A stretch of 64,000 nucleotides of DNA, from sequence record NZ_CP082221.1, one strand, 5' to 3'. This document shows, piece after piece, positions 1-9,791 of this stretch. The position numbers and the translations under genes were made by a program. Origin of the DNA: a plasmid. Numbering within the stretch: the stretch's first letter is position 1; every line of letters starts with the position of its first letter. The notes beneath the pieces are model-generated. The model had not been told where the DNA came from and searched no databases. It saw nothing but the letters and a program-made list of their open reading frames with translations.

Positions 1-6
1 TTTTTC

Positions 7-36
7 TTGCAAAAAAGTATGTTTTAGTAGTATAAT
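7..36 (+). promoter_or_regulatory. sigma70-like promoter of parA (-35 TTGCAA 7-12, -10 TATAAT 31-36)
   Basis: TTGCAA-18bp-TATAAT is read directly. The same 'agtatgttttagtagtataat' recurs at 63817-63839 upstream of the gene starting at 63871. Confidence 0.45.
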
Positions 37-43
37 TTATTCA

Positions 44-90
44 GAAATCGGATAGGCTGATTTCAAAATTGAGCAGAAATGCTTGGAGTA
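44..90 (+). promoter_or_regulatory. 5' leader module: stem-loop A (44-64, GAAATCGGATAGGCTGATTTC) plus hairpin-SD B (71-90, GAGCAGAAATGCTTGGAG) preceding parA
   Basis: Motif A recurs at 13239, 14100, 14937, 17399, 18388 and 18818. Motif B recurs about 30 times in the window. Both stems covary. Confidence 0.55.
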
Positions 91-97
91 AAGAACA

Positions 98-871
98 ATG
101 AAAAAAATCGTAATCACTAACGAAAAGGGTGGGATTGGCAAAACCTCTGTTGCTGTTCATTTGGCACATTACTGTTATGAGCGCGGTATGCGTGTTCTAT
201 TTGTAGACATGGATAAACAAGGTAATAGTGGTTTCTCACTTAGTAAAGTTGCGGTTGAGATTAAAGATACCCATAGTCTATTTGCGGATATCCAAAACTT
301 TGAAACTTTAGATAAATATTTTGTTCTTTTTAAAGGTAATAAGAGTTTAAAATCACTTTTTGATCCTACAGAACAAGAGTTTAAGCTAGATAAAGTTGAA
401 GAATACCAACGTAATTTCAAATCAAATATTGCTAAGGCTAACGAATTTTTTGATATCTGTATTTTTGATACACCTCCTACAGACGGCCCGTTTCAGCGAT
501 TACCTTTGTTAGTTTCTGAATTTGCTCTATCTCCTTTTTTATTGGATAAATATTCAATTCTAGGGCTAAGAGGTATTATTGATACCACACAAGAAATTAA
601 AGAAGTAAACCCAAAAATTCAGTTTCTAGGGCTGCTTCCAAATATGGTTAGTGCTAACTCTGTTACTCAAAAAACAACTTTAAATGAATTGCAGAAACAA
701 CTGAGTCATTTAATGCTTGATAAGACTGCTTTCATACCTAATCGATCTGCAATTGCTGATGCAAGTGAACAACAAGTTCCAGTATGGAAAATTGATAAAA
801 CGTCAGCAAAAGATGTAGGGCGAAAAATCAAAAAAATTAATCAATTAGTTTTAGAGAAAATGGGGGTTTAA
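98..871 (+). CDS. parA: ParA/Soj-family partition ATPase
   Basis: Deviant Walker A KGGIGKT near the N-terminus, about 257 aa. Immediately followed by parB. Confidence 0.9.
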   Translation: MKKIVITNEKGGIGKTSVAVHLAHYCYERGMRVLFVDMDKQGNSGFSLSKVAVEIKDTHSLFADIQNFETLDKYFVLFKGNKSLKSLFDPTEQEFKLDKVEEYQRNFKSNIAKANEFFDICIFDTPPTDGPFQRLPLLVSEFALSPFLLDKYSILGLRGIIDTTQEIKEVNPKIQFLGLLPNMVSANSVTQKTTLNELQKQLSHLMLDKTAFIPNRSAIADASEQQVPVWKIDKTSAKDVGRKIKKINQLVLEKMGV

Positions 872-874
872 GCT

Positions 875-2131
875 ATGTCTTCTTTATTAGGTGATTTAAA
901 CGCTGTTGATAGCTCATTAACTTCAGCAAACTTAAATGCTAACAATAACTCTGACCGCACAATTCTAAAATTGCCGCTTAATCGGGTTAAGTTGGATCCT
1001 CAGAATGTACGTCTTGAATATGATCAAGATTATGTAAAAGAACTGGCAAATACTATTTTGAGAGATGGTTTACTTCAGCCTATTTCAGTTAGAGCCGATT
1101 CTGATAATCCTGGTGAATATATTATTAATATGGGCCATTATCGTTATTTAGCTCATAAACATTTGAACTTGGATACTATCGAAGCAACGATTGATAACAA
1201 ACTTGGTTCACGCCGAGTAAAAATGTCAGAAAACTTATTTAGAAAAGACATGAGTTTGCTTGAAGTTGCTACGAATTTAAAATTGATGCTAGAAGAAGGC
1301 GTGGCAGAGAATCCAAAGTATAGTTATGACGATTTAGCTAATGAAATTAATAAGTCAAAGACATGGGTTTCTCGAAGATTACAATTGCTTGAATCAGATG
1401 ATTATCTAAAAAGCCTTATGGCTAATAAAATGGTAAATGATGCTGAAACTGGCACGATCATTAAAAACTTATTAGCTGAGTATCCAGAAGAAGTAAAAGC
1501 GTTAGTAGCAGATCATGAAGGTGCTATTTCATCAAAATTAGCCCGTGTATGGTCTAAAGAGCTGAAGGGTGAAATTATTACCTCAAGCACTTCAGAGGTA
1601 ACACAGTCATCTTTAGAACTTCAGAATTCGCCAAAGGCTGGTGAAAAAGATGAAGATAGTAAAGTGGACAATACTCAAGAGCTCATTACCGAAACTAAAG
1701 AGACTTTACAGCAACCTGCAAAAGTTCAAGAATCGGTTGAAAATACTGAAGCAGTGAAAGATGAAAAATCTTTTACGACTACTACTCAAAAGCAAACAAA
1801 AGAGATTGTAAAACAAGCAAATGAAAAGGCATTTTCAGAGCTTGAGACAGCTTATTTTAATGGTATTTTGGAAAGTTACGTCAGTATTTTAGATTTAACA
1901 GAAAGCGAAGATGAAGACTTAGTATCAGTAGCTTGTGGCTTTTTAAGAAGCTTTAATGATGAAAATACAGCTAATTTGTTTTCGTGGAAAAGCTTAATTC
2001 AATATCCAGTACTAGTTAATGAGTTGGCGACTATTTTAGATTCTATGGCGCAATTACATGTATTTGTTCCATCTTCTAATGTTGAAGACTCTCGTATGCA
2101 AGTTATTTTAAATCAACAAGACCTTATTTAA
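875..2131 (+). CDS. parB: ParB-family partition protein
   Basis: N-terminal ParB/Srx domain (LLQPISVR...GEYIINMGHYRYLA), an HTH region and an acidic C-terminal part. Sits downstream of parA. Confidence 0.85.
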   Translation: MSSLLGDLNAVDSSLTSANLNANNNSDRTILKLPLNRVKLDPQNVRLEYDQDYVKELANTILRDGLLQPISVRADSDNPGEYIINMGHYRYLAHKHLNLDTIEATIDNKLGSRRVKMSENLFRKDMSLLEVATNLKLMLEEGVAENPKYSYDDLANEINKSKTWVSRRLQLLESDDYLKSLMANKMVNDAETGTIIKNLLAEYPEEVKALVADHEGAISSKLARVWSKELKGEIITSSTSEVTQSSLELQNSPKAGEKDEDSKVDNTQELITETKETLQQPAKVQESVENTEAVKDEKSFTTTTQKQTKEIVKQANEKAFSELETAYFNGILESYVSILDLTESEDEDLVSVACGFLRSFNDENTANLFSWKSLIQYPVLVNELATILDSMAQLHVFVPSSNVEDSRMQVILNQQDLI

Positions 2132-2138
2132 AACAACT

Positions 2139-2170
2139 AACAAGGGGGGCGACCTCCTTGTTTATTTAAT
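2139..2170 (+). terminator. hairpin AACAAGGggggcgacCTCCTTGTT plus T-rich tail after parB
   Basis: 7-bp stem is read directly, followed by TATTTAAT. The T-run is weak. Confidence 0.4.
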
Positions 2171-2266
2171 AATTCAAAAAGCTATAGAGCTGAAGAGCTT
2201 AAGGAGAAACTATGAAATCGTTAGCTTGCAACATGTGTTTAATTACATTTAAAAGCGAGGATTAAA

Positions 2267-3496
2267 ATGAATATTAATTTTAATACTGAAGAATTCCTTG
2301 CTACAGCAAAACAGGCTACACACTCACCAGCTTTGTTCCATAAGAAGTCTATGCATAGTCCAATCTATGCAGAAATCCAATTTGATATACCGTTAAACTA
2401 TATAAGCTCTAAAACTGTAAGCTTGCGTAAAAATTGTTTTAAGGAATTAAATTGTGCAACGTTTAAGGGTATTCCTGATCTAGTTGATTCTAAAGTTAAG
2501 CAGGTTTCAATTCCACTTAAAGACTTAGGGCCGGTTGCAATCACACCGATGCCAGCAATTGGGATTTACTATGAGCTTAATAAGCGAAATAAAGACTATG
2601 GGAATGCACTTTTAGAAGTAACAGTTGAAGATCGAGAAAGATCCTTTTCTGATTACAATGAGTTAATTGAGATTTCACAGGGAAAAATTAATAGCTTTAA
2701 TACACCTGAAATTACTTTAAGACCTATTGAATTTAGTAAATCAAAACTACCTGATGATGAGTTTTGTTTAACTGTTTTTATTGATGATGCTAATTTAAGC
2801 AGTAATTTAATAGCAACAGGTTTACCAAGTGTCACATCTATTGCGAGCTTCTTTAATTATGTTGAATTAAAGACAGGCCAAAAAGTTGATTTTGCGATTG
2901 GAATTTCTGGTACTGAAAAAAATCAAAATGTCTCAGTGCGTGAGAAAGTAATTAAATATCCAAGAACACGTACAAACGTAGGTGTCGGCCAAGTTGATCA
3001 GAGCAATGGAAAATTAGCTCTACATTTAATTATTAGCTGTGAGAGTCCAAGTGCTGCCAATCAAGTACGAAATTATATACTTAATGAAGATATACGCATT
3101 GCAACTGGACTTGTTTATCAGAAATCAATTTGTGATTTTGTACCAGAAAATACCTATTGGTTATATGAGGCGGATCCAAAAACAGTAGATGACGATTTAA
3201 GAAACCGTTATGTATCCGGTTTTCCTGTATTTCAACCAGATACTTTAGATTATGCAATGCAATTGTATGGAACAAACATAGTTGATAGTAGACATAAATA
3301 TACCGTTACTTCAAACGGTTATGCACTATTAAATACACCTACATTCTCAGCTTATTCAAGAAGTGAAACAAAACTTCACTGCTATGCAGAAATACTTTAC
3401 GCAGTTTGTTATTTAAGTGAAGAGTACTTGCCGGACAACTTATTTTGGAAAAAGAAAGAAGTACCTGGGCAGTTGGTTTATTGGTCATCTTTATAA
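2267..3496 (+). CDS. hypothetical protein (409 aa)
   Basis: Long ORF with a GAGGA SD. Preceded by a motif-B hairpin and a 17-codon mini-ORF (2212-2265). Confidence 0.6.
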   Translation: MNINFNTEEFLATAKQATHSPALFHKKSMHSPIYAEIQFDIPLNYISSKTVSLRKNCFKELNCATFKGIPDLVDSKVKQVSIPLKDLGPVAITPMPAIGIYYELNKRNKDYGNALLEVTVEDRERSFSDYNELIEISQGKINSFNTPEITLRPIEFSKSKLPDDEFCLTVFIDDANLSSNLIATGLPSVTSIASFFNYVELKTGQKVDFAIGISGTEKNQNVSVREKVIKYPRTRTNVGVGQVDQSNGKLALHLIISCESPSAANQVRNYILNEDIRIATGLVYQKSICDFVPENTYWLYEADPKTVDDDLRNRYVSGFPVFQPDTLDYAMQLYGTNIVDSRHKYTVTSNGYALLNTPTFSAYSRSETKLHCYAEILYAVCYLSEEYLPDNLFWKKKEVPGQLVYWSSL

Positions 3497-3782
3497 GTAG
3501 TGATTAAAAAATGGTTAAATGGGTTAGTGCCTGGTTCTTGGTTATTAATATTTTCTCTCCGAATAAACATGCTGTTTATACGATACCGTTCCAATCAGAA
3601 CAAGAGTGTAAAAAAGAAGTACTTAAGCGTTTAAAACATGATGCTGGTAACGAAATTATTAGCGTTAAGTTTGGTTCAGAGGTAAAAGAGCGAAGATCCT
3701 ATAGCTGTGAAAAAGGACAATTACCCGTATATCCGGTTAAATAAAATATGTTGAAAGTAGAGCTGCAAAGCTTGAGGTGTTT

Positions 3783-4055
3783 ATGAAAAAACTTGCCAAA
3801 ATCCTTCGGTTCTCGATCGGAGTTTTAATCGTCCTACTTGCATACGCTGCTTTAATATTTTTCATTAGGTATATATGGGACGAAGTAGTATTTAGAAATA
3901 TTATTCTAATAATACTTAGCTTTGGACTTTATTTTATATCTTTGATTTATGGTGATGATGATGATAGTACAATCTCTTTGCTTCTTCTAATTTCTACCAT
4001 TGCAATGGTTCTCTTTACAACGTTTAATCTTTTTCTTCAGTTAATAAACTGGTGA
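3783..4055 (+). CDS. small membrane protein (about 90 aa, 2-3 TM)
   Basis: Motif B GAGCTGCAAAGCTTGAGGTG lies 6 nt upstream of ATG 3783. Hydrophobic. Confidence 0.5.
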   Translation: MKKLAKILRFSIGVLIVLLAYAALIFFIRYIWDEVVFRNIILIILSFGLYFISLIYGDDDDSTISLLLLISTIAMVLFTTFNLFLQLINW

Positions 4056-4090
4056 GTAATTGCGAGTCGTAAGACTTAAGGAGTTTTAAA

Positions 4091-5194
4091 ATGCTAAATA
4101 ATGAATTAACAACACAAGTATTTTCAATTGAAAATGAAATGGAAAAACTTGATCTTGATATTGATAGAAAAGATGAAGTTTTAGCAATAGTTGAAAACTT
4201 AGATCTAATTAAGAACCCACAAAAGGTACTTGAGTTGGGGGCTAATAACCGTGATTCGTTAGCTGATCTTTCTAACCAAATGCTGTCATTAGTTACTAAT
4301 GATCAGTTGGGAGTTATGGGAGAATTAATGACGGATATTACTGTAAAATTAAAAAGAACAGACTTTTCCATTGGTAGTGATAAATCAAATATACCGTTGA
4401 TAGGGGGGCTGTTAGCAAAAATTGGTAATTCAAAAGACAGGCTTATTACTAAATTTAAGACAGTAGAATCACAATTAAATGATAATTTATTGCAAGTAGC
4501 AGAAGCTCAAAAAGGGTTGCAATTAAATAATGATAGCTTGACGAAATTATTTGAGCATACAATTTCTGTTTATACTCAACTAGGTTTTGCTGTCATAGCT
4601 GGTCGATATAAAAAAAATGAGCTTATTGGCTTGATTGAGTCACTTAACAGTGAAGGTACAGATCTAGCAAAGCAAAGAGCAAATGCATATTCACAAATCT
4701 TAGAGCGTTTAGATAAGCGTATTACGGATCTAGAATTGTTGAGATTAAGTGCCTTACAAACGTTGCCTCAGATTACTTTTTTGCAGAACAATAATATTGC
4801 GTTAATTGAAAAGTTCCAAACTATATCTGGCTTAACTATTCCAGCCTGGCAAAGACAATTAATGTTGGCCTTGAATATTTTAGATCAAAAGAAATACTCA
4901 CAATTAGGTGAGGAAATTGATAATTTCACAAATGAAACACTTCTAGAAAGCGCGAAAGATTTTAAAGAAACTTCAATTCATATTGCAAAACAAAGCAACC
5001 GCCAAGTTATAGATATTGAGACACTTCAGAAGGTGCAGCTTGATACATTAACTGCTTTTGAAGAAGTTATGGCAATCAACAAAACTTCAGCTCAGAAGCG
5101 AAAAGAAACACAATTACAGGCACAACAATTAAATGATCAGCTCAAAAGCCTGGTCGTTGCGGATCCGCAACAATTAAAAATCAGTGCAGATTAA
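4091..5194 (+). CDS. coiled-coil protein, possibly TelA/KlaB-like (toxic-anion-resistance family)
   Basis: 367 aa and alpha-helical, preceded by a motif-B leader. The family assignment is from memory of TelA architecture and is not verified. Carries one palindrome site in frame (ADPQ) at the C-terminus. Confidence 0.5.
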   Translation: MLNNELTTQVFSIENEMEKLDLDIDRKDEVLAIVENLDLIKNPQKVLELGANNRDSLADLSNQMLSLVTNDQLGVMGELMTDITVKLKRTDFSIGSDKSNIPLIGGLLAKIGNSKDRLITKFKTVESQLNDNLLQVAEAQKGLQLNNDSLTKLFEHTISVYTQLGFAVIAGRYKKNELIGLIESLNSEGTDLAKQRANAYSQILERLDKRITDLELLRLSALQTLPQITFLQNNNIALIEKFQTISGLTIPAWQRQLMLALNILDQKKYSQLGEEIDNFTNETLLESAKDFKETSIHIAKQSNRQVIDIETLQKVQLDTLTAFEEVMAINKTSAQKRKETQLQAQQLNDQLKSLVVADPQQLKISAD

Positions 5195-5206
5195 CGGGGA
5201 AATGTT

Positions 5207-6487
5207 ATGAACACTAAGTACTTATCTGCATTAAAAACAAATTTCATTAATGAAAACGAACTAGACTCATTATTAAGTGAAATTCAGGATTTACCAGGTC
5301 ATCCGCAATCCCTTACGACCTTACAAGATTGCGGATATAAAATGGGTGTAATCCATGAAGATTACTTTAACGTAATGTCTTCATTCACATTTCAACAATT
5401 TGAAAAAAGTAAGAGATCTATTCTATACGTCTACGATAAAGAACTAGTTTATAAACATATACAAGCAATACAGAAAGCTAAATATGTACTACCTTTAATT
5501 CTTAAGCAGTATGAAAATACAGAGCGAAAACTTAAAGAACTTATCGAAGGTTGTATTGCTGAAAAACAAAAGTATCAAAGGAACTTTGAATTACGTCAAA
5601 GACTTAGAGAGGTCTTACAAAAGAAATTAAGTGAACTGACTTCTGATAATGAAGATGAGTATAAAAAGCTATCTAAGCTTAATGATTTAAATAGCCTGCA
5701 AATTGTGAACAATGACTTAAGCCTTAAGTCTTTCGATATGGCTATTAATCTTGCTAAAGATAAATTGGGTAACTTTGATATAGCGAAGACACACGGGGAT
5801 ATGTGGAACACCAATTATTCTATTAAAGCTTTACAGAGTGATAATAAGGCCCTGATAGAAATTTCTAAAGACCCTGAAAAATATGACAAATTCAATATCA
5901 GAGACTTATCTTTAGTAAATTATGTTTGCGTCATAATTTTTGTACTTGTTCTTCTTGTAGCGGGATTACTAACGTTAGGTGATAATAAAAGCGAAATTAA
6001 AGAACCAGTTCATTTTGCAGCACTTGATGTTTATAACATGGTGAATGGTTCAAATCCTTCTTCAACAATAGGAAAACATAACAAAGAATTCTTTCTAAAA
6101 AATTATGAAAGTACGGTTCAAACATATAATAAATCACAGGACGTTTTAGTAGAATATTTGAACGGTTCACGAACTTTGACACCACAGAATAGGGAGGCTA
6201 TTCAAAAAGGTTATACCATACTTTTGCAGTTAGCAGATTTAAAAAGGGATGATATTACTTTTTCTATTAATCCTGATATTAAGTATTCGTATGAGTATGC
6301 TTTAGGAATCACAAAAAAGAATGATAATTTTAGTGGCTTTTGGAACTTTTATTATAAAGCCGTAGTTTATTGGTTTTTATTTATTTTAATCCCTTTTGGC
6401 ATACTTAACGGTTTATCTGAATTAAGGCAATATGAACTGAGAAATAAAATTAGAAAAATGATTGAGCCATATTATAAGCATAATTAA
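5207..6487 (+). CDS. hypothetical membrane-anchored coiled-coil protein (426 aa)
   Basis: Long ORF with a GGGGA SD and two C-terminal hydrophobic segments. Confidence 0.6.
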   Translation: MNTKYLSALKTNFINENELDSLLSEIQDLPGHPQSLTTLQDCGYKMGVIHEDYFNVMSSFTFQQFEKSKRSILYVYDKELVYKHIQAIQKAKYVLPLILKQYENTERKLKELIEGCIAEKQKYQRNFELRQRLREVLQKKLSELTSDNEDEYKKLSKLNDLNSLQIVNNDLSLKSFDMAINLAKDKLGNFDIAKTHGDMWNTNYSIKALQSDNKALIEISKDPEKYDKFNIRDLSLVNYVCVIIFVLVLLVAGLLTLGDNKSEIKEPVHFAALDVYNMVNGSNPSSTIGKHNKEFFLKNYESTVQTYNKSQDVLVEYLNGSRTLTPQNREAIQKGYTILLQLADLKRDDITFSINPDIKYSYEYALGITKKNDNFSGFWNFYYKAVVYWFLFILIPFGILNGLSELRQYELRNKIRKMIEPYYKHN

Positions 6488-6591
6488 GGATTAATTTTTA
6501 AATAAAATGATTAAAATATAATCCGATATATTGTATTATTGGTACTGAAAGTATTAATAGATTGATGAGCTGAAAAGCTTAAGGTGTTCTC

Positions 6592-6849
6592 ATGAAAAGT
6601 GAACTACATTGCTTTGAAAATAAAATAGCTACTATTTTTATAATAGCTATTTTTCTCTTCTTTATATTTGTTTTCATTAAACATTTTGATCATATCCAAG
6701 CAGCTTTATGGCCTAAAGTTAGTGCTCAAGGTGAGCCATGCTTATATAAAACAGTAGGTTATATAACTTCTCCGAAAGACGGTACATCAACTGAAATAAA
6801 AGGTTGGGTATGCCCTTCAAATAATAGTCAAATTTTAAAAAAGAGGTAG
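6592..6849 (+). CDS. small membrane/secreted protein (85 aa)
   Basis: Motif B GAGCTGAAAAGCTTAAGGTG directly upstream. N-terminal TM. Contains Cys. Confidence 0.55.
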   Translation: MKSELHCFENKIATIFIIAIFLFFIFVFIKHFDHIQAALWPKVSAQGEPCLYKTVGYITSPKDGTSTEIKGWVCPSNNSQILKKR

Positions 6850-6853
6850 AAAT

Positions 6854-7426
6854 ATGGAAAATTTATTATTGAATTCTCCTACATCTAAAGATTTCTTCAA
6901 AATGAATTTTAAAGAATTGTTGAATAATTATTGGCTCGCAATATTGGTGTCAATAGTATTTTTAATATTCGCATTTAATCAGAATTTTTTTATAGATGAA
7001 GTCACATATACCTTGAAACTAGCTTCAATTGCTTTAGCTGGATTAACTTTTGCAACTTTTATGATAAAGATTAATAAAATTGAGGATCTTTCAAGAAAGC
7101 TAACGGATGATGGGGTTTTAACTCTAATAAACATATTATCTGTTTATCCAGAATATGTTGAGAATGTTAAGGCAAAATTGAGAAAGAGTAACAAGCTAAT
7201 AGTACATGATATTTTAATTATTAGATGGGATTTTAATAATCAAATTTCTGAAATTTTAAAAATGGGTAATTTTACTAGCGATAAAAATAAAACAGATGAA
7301 ATTTCAATAAGTAGTATCGAGGATTTACGAACAACAAAGAATAAATTGAGTTTGTTATTAGTTGACCTTGATATTTCGATTAAAGCTCAGGAGGCATTTA
7401 CATGGAAACAAAGCATCCAGAAGTAA
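6854..7426 (+). CDS. membrane protein (190 aa)
   Basis: Translationally coupled to the 6592 ORF. GAGGT SD. Two TM segments. Confidence 0.55.
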   Translation: MENLLLNSPTSKDFFKMNFKELLNNYWLAILVSIVFLIFAFNQNFFIDEVTYTLKLASIALAGLTFATFMIKINKIEDLSRKLTDDGVLTLINILSVYPEYVENVKAKLRKSNKLIVHDILIIRWDFNNQISEILKMGNFTSDKNKTDEISISSIEDLRTTKNKLSLLLVDLDISIKAQEAFTWKQSIQK

Positions 7427-7597
7427 AAAAGGAAGAAGACATATTGTCTTTAGGCTTAGGCGGGAATGTCAAAAAAATTCTCATTAAGGCAGAGAAGTAC
7501 CATTGTTCACTTTGTGATCAAATTTTAGATCCAAAAGTTGAAAACCCAATAGATCATTCAATGTTATGCACCGGGTATTAAGTTAAGAGGATTACCT

Positions 7598-8227
7598 ATG
7601 AAAATTAATTATTTTATTAAAGCTGTTGTAGTTGGTTTAAGTGTTTCAACATTAGTTTCTACCAGCTATGCTGCTTCTAGATCTAGTTACAGCTCTTCAT
7701 CAAGCAGAAGCTCGTATTCATCATCATCGAGTAGTAAATCATATTCTTCAAGCTCTCCGAGCTCCTATACTTCTCGACCAAGTAGTAGCATAAGTAAACC
7801 AAGCTACACACCTTCTAAACCTTCAGCAACCACCACATATAAACCAGTGGCTAATACCACCTCCAAATCTAATCCGACAACCAAAACAGTTAAACCGGTA
7901 GTGAAAAGTACTGAAGTAAAACAAGCTGTTCAAAAACCGTATCCGGTGCAAAATAATAGCCTAAGCAGCTATGATAGATTTAAACATGAACAACATCAAA
8001 AGTATAAATCTTCAAATGATTGGATGACTTGGATGTTGTTAGCTTGGATCGTGTCCGGCTCTTCAAATAGTCATGCATCAAACTCTTCAGTTGAAACAAA
8101 AGAAATCGTTGTCGATTGCAAAACCTGGTTAAAAGAGAATGGTCATAAGTCTAATGACATTGAAAACCTATCAAATAAAGACTTTGCAAAGATCAAAGCA
8201 TACTGTGAAAAAGTTGATAATAAATAA
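7598..8227 (+). CDS. secreted Ser/Thr/Pro-rich low-complexity protein
   Basis: Signal peptide followed by long SSYSSSSS repeats. AGAGGA SD. Confidence 0.55.
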   Translation: MKINYFIKAVVVGLSVSTLVSTSYAASRSSYSSSSSRSSYSSSSSSKSYSSSSPSSYTSRPSSSISKPSYTPSKPSATTTYKPVANTTSKSNPTTKTVKPVVKSTEVKQAVQKPYPVQNNSLSSYDRFKHEQHQKYKSSNDWMTWMLLAWIVSGSSNSHASNSSVETKEIVVDCKTWLKENGHKSNDIENLSNKDFAKIKAYCEKVDNK

Positions 8228-8266
8228 TTGAATTATTTAACGAGCCGAAGGGCTTATGGAGAGGTT

Positions 8267-8776
8267 ATGAATAAATCTAAATTTAGCTATGCTGTTGACT
8301 TCAATAATGAAATTGTTGGAACTTTATCTGCTAAAGAATACTTCAGTATTGTAAAGAAGGCTTATACGGATTTAGTTTTTTTAAAAAAACATGTTTGGCC
8401 ATTAGTGATGCATTTTCTGAATGCTTTTAGTAAATGCCTTGAACTCCTTCCTGCTTTTTTCATCATGGGTATTCTATGTTGCTCAATTATGATTCCCTTT
8501 GATGATATCCAGAAAATTGTTGGTGCGTTAGAAAGCGCATCAAATCATGAACGTTATGCTTATTTAGGGCAATTAGCGGAAATCACTTTTCAGATACTCT
8601 TTTTTGTTGCTGCAATTGACACTTTAAGATTCTTAACAACATCTGACGGGAATAATTATGTGAGAAGTTATTTTGGACTTGAGGCTTTAAAAGTATTGAA
8701 TATTTCCGAAAACATAATTGATAGATCCCAGGATACTTTGGCTCAAATTGTTATTAGGCCAAATAAAAAAATTTAA
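8267..8776 (+). CDS. membrane protein (169 aa)
   Basis: Motif B GAGCCGAAGGGCTTATGGAG ends 6 nt before ATG 8267. The track start 8228 lies inside the leader. Confidence 0.55.
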   Translation: MNKSKFSYAVDFNNEIVGTLSAKEYFSIVKKAYTDLVFLKKHVWPLVMHFLNAFSKCLELLPAFFIMGILCCSIMIPFDDIQKIVGALESASNHERYAYLGQLAEITFQILFFVAAIDTLRFLTTSDGNNYVRSYFGLEALKVLNISENIIDRSQDTLAQIVIRPNKKI

Positions 8777-8857
8777 TGTTCAGCTTTAAATAAGTCTTAT
8801 CAGTCTAGATAGGACTTAATTTTCATACTGGAGCTCTAAGGCTTAAGGTGTAGATAT

Positions 8858-9370
8858 ATGAAATCTAATTTTATGAGCATTCACAGTTTGATTCTTAAGA
8901 GCTCATTCTTAAGCTTTAGCTTATTACTTGTTGGATGCAACTTTCCGTTGGGCGCTAAGCCTTATGAACCTTTCGAGTATGTACTTGGTGAAAAAATTAT
9001 TAGGTCCTTAAAGGAATGTTCAACCGACATACAAAAGATTTTAAAAATTTGCAGCCCAGCAGCATCAAAGCAACAGATCAGTCAGGCCATTTCAAAATGC
9101 CCGGATGTGAAATTTGAGTTTGAAAAAATACTAACCCCTAGTGTTGTATTGAGAGAGGTTAAACCGGCTCAAGTTTTAACTGTTAATAAGCTAAACAGCT
9201 TATTAAACGAATGCATGAAAAAAGCAAAGCCTAATTTACCGGATGAAAAAGATAAGGTGATAGCTGCACAACTTAGCGTTATAGCTGAAGCAAAATACAA
9301 AGACATAATCCAAGACAAAAAGATTCATGGTGATGAAAATCTAATGTTTGAAGAAGATAATGCTGAATAA
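8858..9370 (+). CDS. lipoprotein (lipobox LLVGC)
   Basis: Motif B upstream. Signal peptide plus Cys at the lipobox position. Confidence 0.6.
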   Translation: MKSNFMSIHSLILKSSFLSFSLLLVGCNFPLGAKPYEPFEYVLGEKIIRSLKECSTDIQKILKICSPAASKQQISQAISKCPDVKFEFEKILTPSVVLREVKPAQVLTVNKLNSLLNECMKKAKPNLPDEKDKVIAAQLSVIAEAKYKDIIQDKKIHGDENLMFEEDNAE

Positions 9371-9425
9371 TTATCTATTTTTTAGTAAAGAAAATTGAAG
9401 AGCCGAAGGGCTTATGGAGTTAGCT

Positions 9426-9755
9426 ATGTTTGATGAAGATATTAGACCACTTATGATAGCGGTTTATGCACTTTTTATTATGTTTCTTCTATATTTAATG
9501 GCTGGTGTGGTTTTAACAGGCATTAATAATATCAAACCCAAAAAAGATCAGTACGGCCAGTCCTGTCATAAAGTAGGTATTTTCACAGATTGGACATGTC
9601 CTTCAGATACTGAGCAATATAAACAACTGAAAAAAGAAGGCTGTAAACTTGTCACTGTTATTGAGCCAAAAGAAACAGATTATATAAAACAGTATCGATA
9701 TATGTGTCGGGAAAATAAAGAATATATTCTAAATTTTGAATATAAAGGTTTGTAA
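9426..9755 (+). CDS. small membrane protein
   Basis: Motif B GAGCCGAAGGGCTTATGGAG. The real ATG is 9426 (track 9414 is the SD ATGGAG). Two conserved Cys pairs. Confidence 0.5.
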   Translation: MFDEDIRPLMIAVYALFIMFLLYLMAGVVLTGINNIKPKKDQYGQSCHKVGIFTDWTCPSDTEQYKQLKKEGCKLVTVIEPKETDYIKQYRYMCRENKEYILNFEYKGL

Positions 9756-9791
9756 GTTTTTTCAATGAGCTTAATAGCTTGAGGAGTTCAC

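Noticed and set aside
175-420. Antisense ORFs inside well-supported genes: 175-420(-) in parA, 2653-2835(-), 3081-3275(-), 5596-5814(-), 5997-6185(-), 23928-24125(-), 23936-24334(+) and 24636-25847(-) in trwC, 39474-39719(-) and 40088-40417(+) in traC, 41122-41319(-), 41615-41857(-), 42282-42560(-), 45457-45663(-), 50513-50984 in traG, 51672-51938(-), 53716-54600 in umuC, 55874-56101(-), 62887-63096(-), 63531-63740(-)
   Set aside because: They overlap longer, motif-supported genes in other frames. They have no SD or leader motifs and low-complexity translations, typical of AT-rich antisense artefacts.
7402-7581. 59-aa Cys-containing ORF (METKHPEVKKEED...HCSLCDQ...LCTGY) overlapping the end of the 6854 gene
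   Set aside because: Below the ORF-track threshold, overlaps the upstream gene by 25 nt and has no clear SD. Possibly real, but the support is too weak to call.
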